Positions 17,652 to 27,137 of a DNA stretch of 32,629 bases are shown piece by piece (position 1 is the first letter of the stretch; the number at the start of each line of letters is the position of its first letter). Origin of the DNA: Patescibacteria group bacterium (GTDB lineage Bacteria > Patescibacteriota > Patescibacteriia > JAACEG01); contig JAYEJQ010000071.1 in the NCBI GenBank assembly GCA_034660735.1, forward strand, positions 1 through 32,629, given 5' to 3'. The notes beneath the pieces were generated by a model. It searched no databases. It was given only the letters and a program-made list of their open reading frames with translations, and was not told the DNA's origin. Made by a program: the position numbers and the translations under genes.

Positions 17652-18533
17652 TCCAGTGCTTAAATATTTTTCTCCGCGATCAGGGAATATTGTTACAATA
17701 TTCCCTTTATTTATTTTTTTCGCGATTTTTATCGCTGCCAGCATCGCGGCGCCGCTACTCATACCGACAAAAATTCCTTCTTGTTTTATAATTCGTCTTG
17801 CTATTTCAAATGCATCTTCGCTTTCAACAGGAATAAATTCGTCTATCTTTTTTTTATCATAAATAGCTGGCACAATAGCTTCTTCCATATTTTTTAATCC
17901 TTGAATATAGTGTTTTTTTATCGGCTCAGCGCAGATTATTTTTATTTTAGGATTATATTTTTTAAGATAAGCGCTCACGCCCATAATTGTGCCAGATGTT
18001 CCGATTGCGGAAACGAAGTAATCAATTTTTCCTTTTGTCTGCCGTAAAATTTCTTTCGCTGTTGTTTGATAATGCGCTATCCTGTTGTATTTATTTGAAA
18101 ATTGGTCAGGCGTAAAATATTTATTAGGGTTTTGTTTTATTATTTTTTTAACTTTAATAATTGCTCCGTCTGTGCCCATTTTTGCGTTTGTTAAAATGAC
18201 TTTCGCGCCGAAAGCTTGAATAGTTTTTATCCTTTCTATTGATACGGATTTACTCATAACTATTAACACTTTGTATTTTTTTACCGCGCCGATCATTGCT
18301 AATGAAATTCCAGTATTCCCAGATGTCGCTTCAATTATTGTTTTATTTTTATTTAAAGTTTTTTCTTTTTCAGCCTGCTCAATCATTTTTAATGCCACTC
18401 TGTCTTTAATGCTTCCGCCTGGATTAAATCCTTCAATTTTGGCGTAAATAGAAGTTTTTTTATTCGGATTAAGTTGATCTATTTTTACCATCGGCGTATT
18501 GCCGATTGTCTGTAAAATATTTTTATAAATCAT
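17634..18533 (-). CDS. cysteine synthase (PLP-dependent, CysK/CysM family)
   Basis: IGNTPMVKI...GFNPGGSIKDR...SGNTGISLA...GTSGTI are characteristic. The 3' end overlaps the convergent gene by 18 nt. Confidence 0.88.
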   Translation of the reverse strand: MIYKNILQTIGNTPMVKIDQLNPNKKTSIYAKIEGFNPGGSIKDRVALKMIEQAEKEKTLNKNKTIIEATSGNTGISLAMIGAVKKYKVLIVMSKSVSIERIKTIQAFGAKVILTNAKMGTDGAIIKVKKIIKQNPNKYFTPDQFSNKYNRIAHYQTTAKEILRQTKGKIDYFVSAIGTSGTIMGVSAYLKKYNPKIKIICAEPIKKHYIQGLKNMEEAIVPAIYDKKKIDEFIPVESEDAFEIARRIIKQEGIFVGMSSGAAMLAAIKIAKKINKGNIVTIFPDRGEKYLSTGLFKFR

Positions 18534-18569
18534 AAATTATTAAAATTTAAAAATAATTGGTAATTAAAA

Positions 18570-19679
18570 TTATTTCTTTGTATATCTGCTTATATTTCCT
18601 ATTATTCCTGTTGCCGCTAAAGACATTGCGATTGACGACCCACCATAACTTACAAAAGGGAGAGTAACGCCTGTAAGCGGCATAATGCCGACCATAGCGC
18701 CGATATTAACAATGCTTTGAATTGCGAATAGGCTGATTATTCCAGCAACGGTTAAGTAAGCAAAAGTATCTCGTGATTTTTTTGCTATTTGAAATCCGCG
18801 CAAAAAAATAAATATCATTAAAATTATAAATCCAACGCTAATCACAAATCCTAATTCTTCGCTTATAATAGCAAAGATTGAATCGCCTATCACTTCTGGC
18901 AGATACGCGAATTTTTGTCGCGACTGCCCAAACCCAACCCCAAACGCTCCTCCTGAACCGATAGCTAAAAACGCTTGATTTATATGATACCCCGTTTTTA
19001 ATTTATCAATTTGCGGATTTAAAAAAACAGATAAGCGATTTTTTTGATAATCTTGCGCGAAATTCATAAAAATCAAAAATCCGGCAATACCTATTAAAAA
19101 AATAAAAAACAAGTGAGTTTTTTTCGCCCCTGCTAAAAAATATATAATTAAAGATGACATAATTATAATTATAGCAGTTCCTAAATCAGGTTGTAAAATA
19201 ACAAGCCCTGCTGACAGTCCAAGCCAAAAAATAAACGGTAAAAATCCCGTCCAAAAATTTTTAATATCCCTTTTTCCACGCTTGTCAAACCATAAAGCTA
19301 AAAAAAGAATAAAAACTATTTTCATAAATTCCGCTGGCTGGAACGAAAATAATCCTGGAATTTTAAGCCAACTTTTTGTTTCGCCGCCAGTGTTAAGTCC
19401 TGGGATAAAAACTAAAATGAGCAATATGACAGCGAACAGCATCAGTAAAGGCGTTATTTTTCTTAATATTTTATAATTTATTAATTTAAAAAATATAAAA
19501 AACAGAAATAACCCAGGAATAATTCCGTGTAATAATTGATGCTTAATAACGCCGTAACTATCGCCGTTATAATTTTGAAAAGAGAAAACAGAACTTGCCG
19601 AAATCAGCATTACTAATCCGAAAATCAGCAAAATTCCAACGGATGAAAGAAAAATGTAATCAGGGCTGTGCGATCTCAT
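18570..19679 (-). CDS. SEDS-family peptidoglycan polymerase (FtsW/RodA)
   Basis: A 369-aa polytopic membrane protein with QPAEFMKI, LQPDLGTA, GSGGAFGVGFGQS, LPEVIGDSIFAIISEELG and PLTGVTLPFVSYGGSS. Confidence 0.9.
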   Translation of the reverse strand: MRSHSPDYIFLSSVGILLIFGLVMLISASSVFSFQNYNGDSYGVIKHQLLHGIIPGLFLFFIFFKLINYKILRKITPLLMLFAVILLILVFIPGLNTGGETKSWLKIPGLFSFQPAEFMKIVFILFLALWFDKRGKRDIKNFWTGFLPFIFWLGLSAGLVILQPDLGTAIIIIMSSLIIYFLAGAKKTHLFFIFLIGIAGFLIFMNFAQDYQKNRLSVFLNPQIDKLKTGYHINQAFLAIGSGGAFGVGFGQSRQKFAYLPEVIGDSIFAIISEELGFVISVGFIILMIFIFLRGFQIAKKSRDTFAYLTVAGIISLFAIQSIVNIGAMVGIMPLTGVTLPFVSYGGSSIAMSLAATGIIGNISRYTKK

Positions 19680-19712
19680 ATTTAGGTTAAATTAAAAAAT
19701 ATAAAAAAATTT

Positions 19713-19774
19713 TGTCATCCTGAATTTAATTCAGAATCCGTCATTGATTATCGCTAAACTATAATCAGATTAAC
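19713..19774 (+). repeat. copy A of a dispersed intergenic repeat of about 62 nt (TGTCAYCCTGAATTTARTTCAG... family)
   Basis: TGTCATCCTGAATTTAATTCAGAATCCGTCATTGATTATCGCTAAACTATAATCAGATTAAC aligns along its length with the copies at 25828 and 25936. Confidence 0.8.
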
Positions 19775-19897
19775 AAATTTTGTATTTATATTTCACTAAT
19801 TTTAATCATAATATAGCAAAAAATAGAAACAGATCCCGAAATAAGTTCGGAATAACAAAAAATAAATTAATTTATAAAATGCTTTAATTTATTGGAT

Positions 19898-20143
19898 TTT
19901 AACAGTTTTTTTTACTTCCTACAAAATCAATAATATCGACAAAATACAAAAAAATAAAATTTTCAAAATTTTCCTTTAAGGAGATTATGTCATTATAACT
20001 TATATCTCCTTATATGCCTAAATCAATATCTCCAAAATGATTTTTAGTTAAAATAGAACCATAGATGAAAAATTTCAAGTTTTTATTTTTATTGAATTTA
20101 TTAACTTTTTGCTTTATTTGTTTTAAATATTTTTCTTTAATCA
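19898..20143 (-). pseudogene. minimal nucleotidyltransferase (MNT-like) gene interrupted by an in-frame TAA
   Basis: The minus-strand translation is MIKEKYLKQIKQKVNKFNKNKNLKFFIYGSILTKNHFGDIDLGI*GDISYNDIISLKENFENFIFLYFVDIIDFVGSKKNC*. The GS...DxD motif and the later VD..DF are typical of small MNT-type nucleotidyltransferases. The internal stop is at 20009-20011. The gene is too short for the ORF track. Confidence 0.45.
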
Positions 20144-20204
20144 TATATTTATATTATCAAAATAGCGCAAAAAATCAATTAATTAAAGGCTGTTCAAACA
20201 TAAT

Positions 20205-21392
20205 TTATATTTCTTCTTCGATTTTATTGTCAACTAAATTGAAAGCTGGGATTAGGCCTGAAAAAATCACTATTGCTATAATTATAAATACAAATTTCAT
20301 CGGAAAAAATAAAAATAAAATTCCAGAAATAATTGAAGCGCTTATAAATCCGACAGCTCTTGATGTCCTAAAAAATTCCACTATTTCAACGTCATATCCG
20401 TCAATTCTTTTATAAAAATAAGAATCGCGCAATATTTCCAGCAGAGCCGCTCCTATTCTTGTTAAGAAAAGGACAGTCGCCCAAATAATTAAACTTGTTG
20501 AATTTATAAAAAATATGCTTAAAGTTGAAAGCCCCATTATTATAATAGCTGCAATAATCATCTCTTTTTCCCCTATTTTTTTGTCAGCTAAAAATCCAGC
20601 GGGATATTGAAGTAATATGAAAGGGATAAGCATAAGAGTAAATATAATCCCAATTTTTTCCCATTCCATACCTATGCTTCTAAGATAGAGTGGGGAATAA
20701 GCAATCATTAGACAATAAAAAAAACTCAAAATAAAAGATATATAATATATTCGCATTATATTTTTTCTTTTTAATATTTTATTATAAAGAACATGTAAAG
20801 TTATATTTGCTTTAAATCTGTGATTTACCTTCCTAAGCCCAAAAACCGCTAAAACAAACACGAGCAAAGCGATAAAAAATTGGATTAAGAAAATCGTTTG
20901 AAAACTGCTGTTTTCTAAAATTTTAACGGAAATGAATGGTCCTAAGATAAGTCCTGTATTCATTATTGTTAAATCAAGACCTCTAATTCTACCAGACATT
21001 TTGTCTCTTGAATAAGATTCTAAAATAATATCTCTAACTACAAAAGCAAGATTAAAAAAAATAATATTTATAATTAAAATAATAGCTCCTGCCCAAAATA
21101 CAGGCAGATAAGACAAAAAGAGAGCGGTTGCGGCAAATATAATCGTAAAAACAAAAAAGACGGTTGATTTGCTGAATTTTTTTATCAATTTATGTAAATT
21201 CAGAAGAATTATCAGAACAATAGCGAAAATTGCAAAATAAAAAATACTTACATTATCTTTGTTTGATACTTGCTGAAAATATGAAGATACAATATAAGCC
21301 GTGAGCGAATGCGCAAAGCCGAACAAAAAAGTTATACAGTTTATAAGCTGTATTTTTTTGCCGTCAAAATTTTCTTGATGATTATTTTTCAT
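20205..21392 (-). CDS. MFS-type transporter
   Basis: A 395-aa protein with about 12 hydrophobic spans and a central loop with a GRIRGLD-like motif. It overlaps the murI stop by 4 nt. Confidence 0.7.
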   Translation of the reverse strand: MKNNHQENFDGKKIQLINCITFLFGFAHSLTAYIVSSYFQQVSNKDNVSIFYFAIFAIVLIILLNLHKLIKKFSKSTVFFVFTIIFAATALFLSYLPVFWAGAIILIINIIFFNLAFVVRDIILESYSRDKMSGRIRGLDLTIMNTGLILGPFISVKILENSSFQTIFLIQFFIALLVFVLAVFGLRKVNHRFKANITLHVLYNKILKRKNIMRIYYISFILSFFYCLMIAYSPLYLRSIGMEWEKIGIIFTLMLIPFILLQYPAGFLADKKIGEKEMIIAAIIIMGLSTLSIFFINSTSLIIWATVLFLTRIGAALLEILRDSYFYKRIDGYDVEIVEFFRTSRAVGFISASIISGILFLFFPMKFVFIIIAIVIFSGLIPAFNLVDNKIEEEI

Positions 21393-22195
21393 AGTTTTAT
21401 TTTTTCTATATTATCCATTTTTTGATTTAAAAATTTTTCGCCAAGTATTTTAAAATCATTTACATTGCCAGTTGTATAAAATTTACAAATAGGCAAACCT
21501 GATTGATGAATTTTTAATCCTTGATATTTTCCTAAATATTTTTTAAAACTTTTAGCAACAATTTTTCCTGGATTATAAATAATGCATTTTTTAGGCATAA
21601 TTCGCCTAATGTTTTTAATTAAAATAGGATAGTGCGTGCAAGCTAAAATTAAAGTATCAATCTGTTTTATTTTTAATTCACGTAGATATTTTTTTAGAAT
21701 CATTTTTGTTTCTTTTTTTTCAATCCATCCTTCTTCAACGAGCGGAACAAGTAAAGACGCATTTTTTTGAAAAATTTTTAATTTCGGATTTAGTTTTAAT
21801 AGCTTATTAGCGTAAATATTTGATTTAATTGTCGCCTTTGTCCCAATTACGCCTACTTTTTTTATCCTATTATTTTTCACTATTTCTTCAACCAATGGGA
21901 TGATTACTCCGAGAACATTTTTATTAGGATATTTTTTAGGCAGATATTCTTGTTGTATTTTTTTTAAAGCTTGCGATGACGTTGTATTGCATGCAAAAAT
22001 GATAATTTTACAGCCTTTTGAAAACAAAAAATCTACCGCTTCTTTCGCGTAATTATAAATTATGTCTTGCGATTTTCCGCCATAAGGCGTCCGCGCGCTG
22101 TCGCCAAGATAAATATAGTTGTATTGTGGCAACTCTTTTAAAAAATATTTTAAAATTGTAAGTCCGCCAAGACCAGAATCAAAAACGCCGATCAT
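21389..22195 (-). CDS. murI: glutamate racemase
   Basis: IGVFDSGLGGLT, ACNTTS and LACTHYP motifs carry the two catalytic Cys residues. Confidence 0.92.
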   Translation of the reverse strand: MIGVFDSGLGGLTILKYFLKELPQYNYIYLGDSARTPYGGKSQDIIYNYAKEAVDFLFSKGCKIIIFACNTTSSQALKKIQQEYLPKKYPNKNVLGVIIPLVEEIVKNNRIKKVGVIGTKATIKSNIYANKLLKLNPKLKIFQKNASLLVPLVEEGWIEKKETKMILKKYLRELKIKQIDTLILACTHYPILIKNIRRIMPKKCIIYNPGKIVAKSFKKYLGKYQGLKIHQSGLPICKFYTTGNVNDFKILGEKFLNQKMDNIEKIKL

Positions 22196-22263
22196 TTTAT
22201 TAAGAATTAAGAATCAAAAACCAAGAATCTCTTGAATTGCAAAATATAAAAATATCACTCTTA

Positions 22264-23583
22264 TTATAAAATTTTTATATATTTTTTAAATAATTCCCCC
22301 CGCTCTTTGTAATTTTTAAATATTCCGAAACTGGCGCAAGCGGGGGATAGTAGAATAATATCGTCTTTTTCAGAATTATTTTGCGCTATTTTAACAGCTT
22401 TTTTCATATCATTAACTTGCAATATTCTATTTTTTAAAAATCTTGTTTTTAAAATTTCATTTTTTAATCTTTTAGTCGCTTCGCCTTTAAATAAAACAAT
22501 AAATTTAACTTTTTTCTTTATCTCTTTTGCTAATTTTTTAAAATCAGACCCCTTATCACTTCCGCCAGCTAATAAAATTATAGAATTATTAAAAGATTTT
22601 AAAGCTGTAATTGCAGCTTCGGGAGTTGTTGCGAAACTATCATTATAATATTTAATTCCTTTAATTATTTTAACAAATTCTAATCTATGTTCAAGCCCTT
22701 TAAAATTCGCAACCGCTTTTTCAATAATATTTTTTTTAATTTTTATGATTTTAGCAACTTCAACTGCCGCCGCGATATTCTCTTTATTATGCTCGCCGAT
22801 TAATCTGCTTGGTAATTTTGATTTATTAAAATATATAATTTTGCTTTCTGTTTTTGGAATTTGTAATTTTGAATTTGTGGTCTTTTTGGAGTTTGTAATT
22901 TTGAATTTGTTATTTAATATCGCGTAATTTTTCTTATTCTGATATTTTATTATATTTATCTTTGCTTCCCAATACGATTTTAATGTCTTATGATAATTTG
23001 GATTATTCGGATCAGCTGGAGCAAGATGTTCTTTTGAAAAGTTTGTGATCACCGCTATTTTTGGACTTTGCGTTAAATCTTCCAATTGAAAACTAGATAA
23101 TTCTAAAACCACCCAATCATTTTTTTTAATTTTTTGAAAAAAACTGAACATCGGAATTCCGATATTTCCGCCAAAAAATACTCGCTTGCCACTTGCTTTT
23201 ATAATCTTATAAATCAAAGCGGATGTTGTGCCTTTGCCCTTTGTTCCTGCCACGCCGATAATATTTTTTGTGGGGCATAATTCAAAAAACAGCTTTGTCG
23301 GGCTGGAAATTTTAATCCCCGCCTTTTTCGCTTTTTTAATTTCTGACAAAAATAGGGGACAACCAGCTATTCTAAAAATAATATCAAAATCAGTTAAATT
23401 TTGATAATAATTTTTATCTAAACAATATTTAATATTTTTATATTTTTTTACAATATTTTTTCGCGCGTCGCAAATCGTAATTTTACAATCTATTTTTTTT
23501 TCAATTAAAAATTCAATTAATGCTTTATTTTCAATTCCAAAACCGAGTAAACAAATTTTTTTGTTTTGTAATTTATTAATCAT
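22264..23583 (-). CDS. murD: UDP-N-acetylmuramoyl-L-alanine--D-glutamate ligase
   Basis: GVAGTKGKGTT P-loop, GEHNKENIAAA, FKGLEHRLEF and LLSPACASF. Confidence 0.92.
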   Translation of the reverse strand: MINKLQNKKICLLGFGIENKALIEFLIEKKIDCKITICDARKNIVKKYKNIKYCLDKNYYQNLTDFDIIFRIAGCPLFLSEIKKAKKAGIKISSPTKLFFELCPTKNIIGVAGTKGKGTTSALIYKIIKASGKRVFFGGNIGIPMFSFFQKIKKNDWVVLELSSFQLEDLTQSPKIAVITNFSKEHLAPADPNNPNYHKTLKSYWEAKINIIKYQNKKNYAILNNKFKITNSKKTTNSKLQIPKTESKIIYFNKSKLPSRLIGEHNKENIAAAVEVAKIIKIKKNIIEKAVANFKGLEHRLEFVKIIKGIKYYNDSFATTPEAAITALKSFNNSIILLAGGSDKGSDFKKLAKEIKKKVKFIVLFKGEATKRLKNEILKTRFLKNRILQVNDMKKAVKIAQNNSEKDDIILLSPACASFGIFKNYKERGELFKKYIKIL

Positions 23584-23584
23584 A

Positions 23585-24406
23585 TTATTTAACCATTTGT
23601 ATTTTTGCTAATTCTAAACAATTTTTTAAAAGCATCGCTATTGTTAGCGGTCCGACACCGCCGGGGACAGGAGTTATAAAGGAAGCCTTATTTTTTATAT
23701 TTTCAAAATCAACGTCGCCGACCACCTTCCCGTCAACTTTATTTATTCCAATATCAATAATAATCGCGTTATTTTTTATCATTTTTGCTTTTAAAAATTT
23801 TGTTTTTCCAATAACTATAATTATAATATCGGCTATTAAAGTTTTTTCAATTAAATTTTTATTTGTTGATTTTGCTAAAAAAATATTGCTTTTTTTTGTG
23901 TTATTTTTTATTAAAATCGCGCGTAAAGAATTAAAAAAAATCGCGCTGTTTGCGATTATAACTATTTTTTTATCGCTTAAATTTTGATTTGCTGTTTTTA
24001 AAAATTCAATTACAGATAAAACAACAGGGGATTGAACAAGTGATTTTTTGTGAAATCCGTCAATGTCTTTTTTAAAATTTATTTTTTGTATAATTTTTTC
24101 AGCATTAAATTTTTTTGGCAAAGGAAGTTGAACAATAATTCCGCTGATTTTTTCGTTTTGATTTAATAAATTTATAGTATTTAAAATTTTATTTTGAGCA
24201 ATGTTTTTTGAAAATTTGTATTTGTAAAATTTTATTCCGATTTTTTTAGCTTGTTCTTCTTTTAATTTAACATAAAGTTTTGAAGCTTGATTATCCCCAA
24301 TTAAAATAGCCGCCAAACCAGACGTTATTTTTGATTTTTTAATTTCAACTTCTGTTTCGCGATTAATTTTTCGCGCTAATTTTTTTCCATCTAAAATTTT
24401 CACCAT
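23585..24406 (-). CDS. folD: bifunctional methylenetetrahydrofolate dehydrogenase/cyclohydrolase
   Basis: ILDGKKLA..., GIIVQLPLP, DIDGFH and TPVPGGVGPLTIAMLL. Confidence 0.92.
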   Translation of the reverse strand: MVKILDGKKLARKINRETEVEIKKSKITSGLAAILIGDNQASKLYVKLKEEQAKKIGIKFYKYKFSKNIAQNKILNTINLLNQNEKISGIIVQLPLPKKFNAEKIIQKINFKKDIDGFHKKSLVQSPVVLSVIEFLKTANQNLSDKKIVIIANSAIFFNSLRAILIKNNTKKSNIFLAKSTNKNLIEKTLIADIIIIVIGKTKFLKAKMIKNNAIIIDIGINKVDGKVVGDVDFENIKNKASFITPVPGGVGPLTIAMLLKNCLELAKIQMVK

Positions 24407-24418
24407 TTTAATTTATAT

Positions 24419-24447
24419 TGTCATCCTGAATTTAGTTCAAAATGACA
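24419..24447 (+). repeat. short copy D of the TGTCAYCCTGAATTTAGTTCA hairpin repeat
   Basis: TGTCATCCTGAATTTAGTTCAAAATGACA has terminal arms TGTCAT/ATGACA. It fills most of the 49-nt glyA-folD spacer. Confidence 0.75.
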
Positions 24448-24455
24448 AACTTTTT

Positions 24456-25709
24456 TTATAAAATTAAATCTTGATAAATCGGGTATTCTTCCGTTAAAGC
24501 ATTTATAACTTGTTTTGTTTTTTGTTTTAAATTTTCATTGTCTATATTTTTTAGAATATCAGCAATCAATTTTCCGACAGTCTTCATCTCTTCTTCTTTA
24601 AATCCGCGAGTTGTTAAAGCAGGAGTTCCAAGGCGGATTCCAGACGGATTAAATGCTGAATTTGGGTCATATGGAATAGTGTTAAAATTAGTATAAATAT
24701 TCGCTTCAGCTAAAGCATTCGCGCCTTGTTTACCCAAAATATTTAATTTGCGACAGTCAATCAACATTAAATGGTTATCTGTTCCGTTAGACACAATCCG
24801 TAACCCATTTTCCATTAATGTCTGCGCTAAAATTTTTGCGTTTTTAACAATCTGCCGCTGATAATTTTTAAATTCCTCTAACATAGCTTCTTTAAAACAG
24901 ACCGCTTTTGCCGCTATAATGTGATTCATTGGTCCTCCCTGTGTTCCGGGAAAGATCGCAGAATCTATTTTTTTAACGTATTTTTCTTTGCATAAAATTA
25001 TAGCGCTACGAGGACCTCGCAAAGTTTTATGCGTGGTTGTCATCACGACATCAGAGTAGGGAATCGCGTCTTGATGAATTCCGGCTATGCACAGTCCGAC
25101 AAAATGAGAAATATCAGCGAATAAAAAAGCTCCGATTTCATCGGCAATTTCTCTAAATGCTTTAAAATTAAATTCACGCGGATAAGCTGTAGCGCCGACA
25201 ACAATCATTTTAGGTTTTTCTTTAAGCGCTTTTCTTCTAACCTCGTCCATATTAATACGTTCGGTTTCGCGATCAACACCGTATTGGATAAAATTATACG
25301 TTTTGCCTGAAAAATTTACAGGATGTCCGTGTGTAAGATGTCCGCCTTCAGAAAGTTTAAGCCCTAAAATTTTATCGCCAGGATTTAAAAATGCCATATA
25401 AACAGCTAGATTGGCTCCGCTACCAGCGTTCGGCTGGACATTCGCATGTTCAGCATTAAACAGCTTTTTAGCCCTGTCAATCGCCAAATTTTCAATTTGG
25501 TCAATATATTCGTTTCCAGTGTAATATCTTTTTCCAGGATAACCTTCTGAATATTTATTTGAAAGCGCGGTTCCCATTGCTTCAAAAACCGCTGGCGACG
25601 CGTAGTTTTCCGAAGGAATCATTATCAGTCCATCTTGCTGACGTTTGATTTCCTTTTGGATCAAGCTATAAATTTCTTGATCTTGTTGCTGTAAAATTGA
25701 ATTTTTCAT
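24456..25709 (-). CDS. glyA: serine hydroxymethyltransferase
   Basis: MIPSENYASPAV, GYPGKRYY, TTTHKTLRGPR and GTQGGP. Confidence 0.96.
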   Translation of the reverse strand: MKNSILQQQDQEIYSLIQKEIKRQQDGLIMIPSENYASPAVFEAMGTALSNKYSEGYPGKRYYTGNEYIDQIENLAIDRAKKLFNAEHANVQPNAGSGANLAVYMAFLNPGDKILGLKLSEGGHLTHGHPVNFSGKTYNFIQYGVDRETERINMDEVRRKALKEKPKMIVVGATAYPREFNFKAFREIADEIGAFLFADISHFVGLCIAGIHQDAIPYSDVVMTTTHKTLRGPRSAIILCKEKYVKKIDSAIFPGTQGGPMNHIIAAKAVCFKEAMLEEFKNYQRQIVKNAKILAQTLMENGLRIVSNGTDNHLMLIDCRKLNILGKQGANALAEANIYTNFNTIPYDPNSAFNPSGIRLGTPALTTRGFKEEEMKTVGKLIADILKNIDNENLKQKTKQVINALTEEYPIYQDLIL

Positions 25710-25827
25710 AATTTTTTTATTTTATTTTTGTAAAATTTACTTTTACAAAAATTTATCTAATTTTTTTGAATTATAAAATAATTAAAGGGGTAAAATCTAA
25801 ATGAATAAATTTTAAATTATTTAAAAC

Positions 25828-25923
25828 TGTCACCCTGAATTTAGTTCAGGGCATGCCCGATTGCCTTGCATTAAGGCGGGCGGGTCTGTCATTGCTTATC
25901 GCTATATTATGATCAAGGTTATT
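25828..25923 (+). repeat. copy B of the dispersed repeat, carrying a GC-rich internal insertion of about 32 nt
   Basis: TGTCACCCTGAATTTAGTTCAGGG[CATGCCCGATTGCCTTGCATTAAGGCGGGCGG]GTCTGTCATTGCTTATCGCTATATTATGATCAAGGTTATT. Confidence 0.8.
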
Positions 25924-25935
25924 AGATATAAATAT

Positions 25936-25998
25936 TGTCACCCTGAATTTAGTTCAGGGTCTATCATTACTATTCGCTATATTATGATTAAGATTGAT
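25936..25998 (+). repeat. copy C of the dispersed repeat, in tandem with copy B
   Basis: TGTCACCCTGAATTTAGTTCAGGGTCTATCATTACTATTCGCTATATTATGATTAAGATTGAT. Confidence 0.8.
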
Positions 25999-26057
25999 AA
26001 AACTTTAATTTTATAGTTTATTTTGCCGAGTAATATTTAGTTAGCAACAGACACAGA

Positions 26058-26081
26058 CCCCGCCGCTCGCAAGCAGCGGGG
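26058..26081 (+). repeat. GC-rich hairpin repeat CCCCGCCGCTCGCRAGCAGCGGGG (copy 1)
   Basis: CCCCGCCGCTCGCAAGCAGCGGGG lies just downstream of the PP-loop gene. Related copies are at 29131 (opposite orientation) and 30372. Confidence 0.75.
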
Positions 26082-26095
26082 TGACAAGCGTGATT

Positions 26096-27067
26096 TCAGG
26101 ATGATAATATAAAAAAATTATCACTACTTATTTTTTTATTAGTATAATACTTTATTTTTACTTTATTTAATTTTTGCGCTTTAGATGAATAACGTTTTGT
26201 TAGCCGCGCGGCTTTCCGTAAAATTTCAGAATTTATTTTACGGTCATTATAAATCTTAATTAAAATTGTTGGTCCTGAAATTTTATCAATTTCCATTAAA
26301 ATATCCTGTCTGTTTGCTAATTTTTTAATTCGCAAATTTTCTTGATGATTTCTGCCAACAATAATTTTAACGTTATTTATTAAAAAATGCCTGCCGACTT
26401 TTAATAATTCAATATCGTTTTTATCTATCCTTTTTTTATAATCAAATAAATTTTTCAACCGTTGCGAAAAAATTTTGTCTGTTAAAATGCATCCGCCAGC
26501 AGGAGATGGGAATATTTTAATTTTATATTTTTTTGCTAAAGCAATTTGCGGTTTTCGTGATCGCCCTGAAATTGATAATAATTTTTTTCTATCAATAAAA
26601 TTTTCTTTCTCAAAAATTGTCGGCTCTAATAATCGCGCTGATAGCGGACGCAAAATTTTATTTTTTAACCCAACATTTTTTTCAAGCGCTTGGAACTGCC
26701 GCTTATTTTGGCTCATCGGTCTTTGTCCTAAAATTTCTCCCGTAGCGATAAGATTAAATTTTTCTTTTTTTAAAATTTGCTTTGCTTTTTTTATCATTAA
26801 CAGATGGCAGTCAAGACACGGATTTAATCCGCGTCCGTAGCAATATCGCGGATTTCTTACTATTTTAAAATGCTCTTTTGATATGTCTATAGTTTTAATC
26901 CGTTTGCGTAAAATTTTAGCTGATTGTTTCGCTTGATTTGCGTTAAAAAAATAACTTGTAAAAGCCAGCAGTTCTATTTTAACATTTTGCTCCTGCAAAA
27001 TTTTCGCCGCAAGTATTGAGTCAAGCCCGCCCGAAAACAGCAATAAAATTTTAATTAATTTCGCCAT
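26096..27067 (-). CDS. PP-loop ATP pyrophosphatase, probable tRNA thiolation enzyme (ThiI/MnmA-like)
   Basis: N-terminal LLLFSGGLDS PP-loop, then NPCLDCHLLM, TGEILGQRPMSQ, ILRPL and PAGGCILTD. I cannot assign the exact subfamily by eye. Confidence 0.55.
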   Translation of the reverse strand: MAKLIKILLLFSGGLDSILAAKILQEQNVKIELLAFTSYFFNANQAKQSAKILRKRIKTIDISKEHFKIVRNPRYCYGRGLNPCLDCHLLMIKKAKQILKKEKFNLIATGEILGQRPMSQNKRQFQALEKNVGLKNKILRPLSARLLEPTIFEKENFIDRKKLLSISGRSRKPQIALAKKYKIKIFPSPAGGCILTDKIFSQRLKNLFDYKKRIDKNDIELLKVGRHFLINNVKIIVGRNHQENLRIKKLANRQDILMEIDKISGPTILIKIYNDRKINSEILRKAARLTKRYSSKAQKLNKVKIKYYTNKKISSDNFFILSS

Positions 27068-27137
27068 TTTAAATTTATTCTAACATTCGGCTCATCGCAA
27101 AGACAGCGGAATTTACGCATTTTTAATTTAAGAAAAT

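Noticed and set aside
20065-20415. 116-aa plus-strand ORF.
   Set aside because: Its second half is antisense to the MFS transporter CDS. It is a hydrophobic low-complexity translation of AT-rich DNA.
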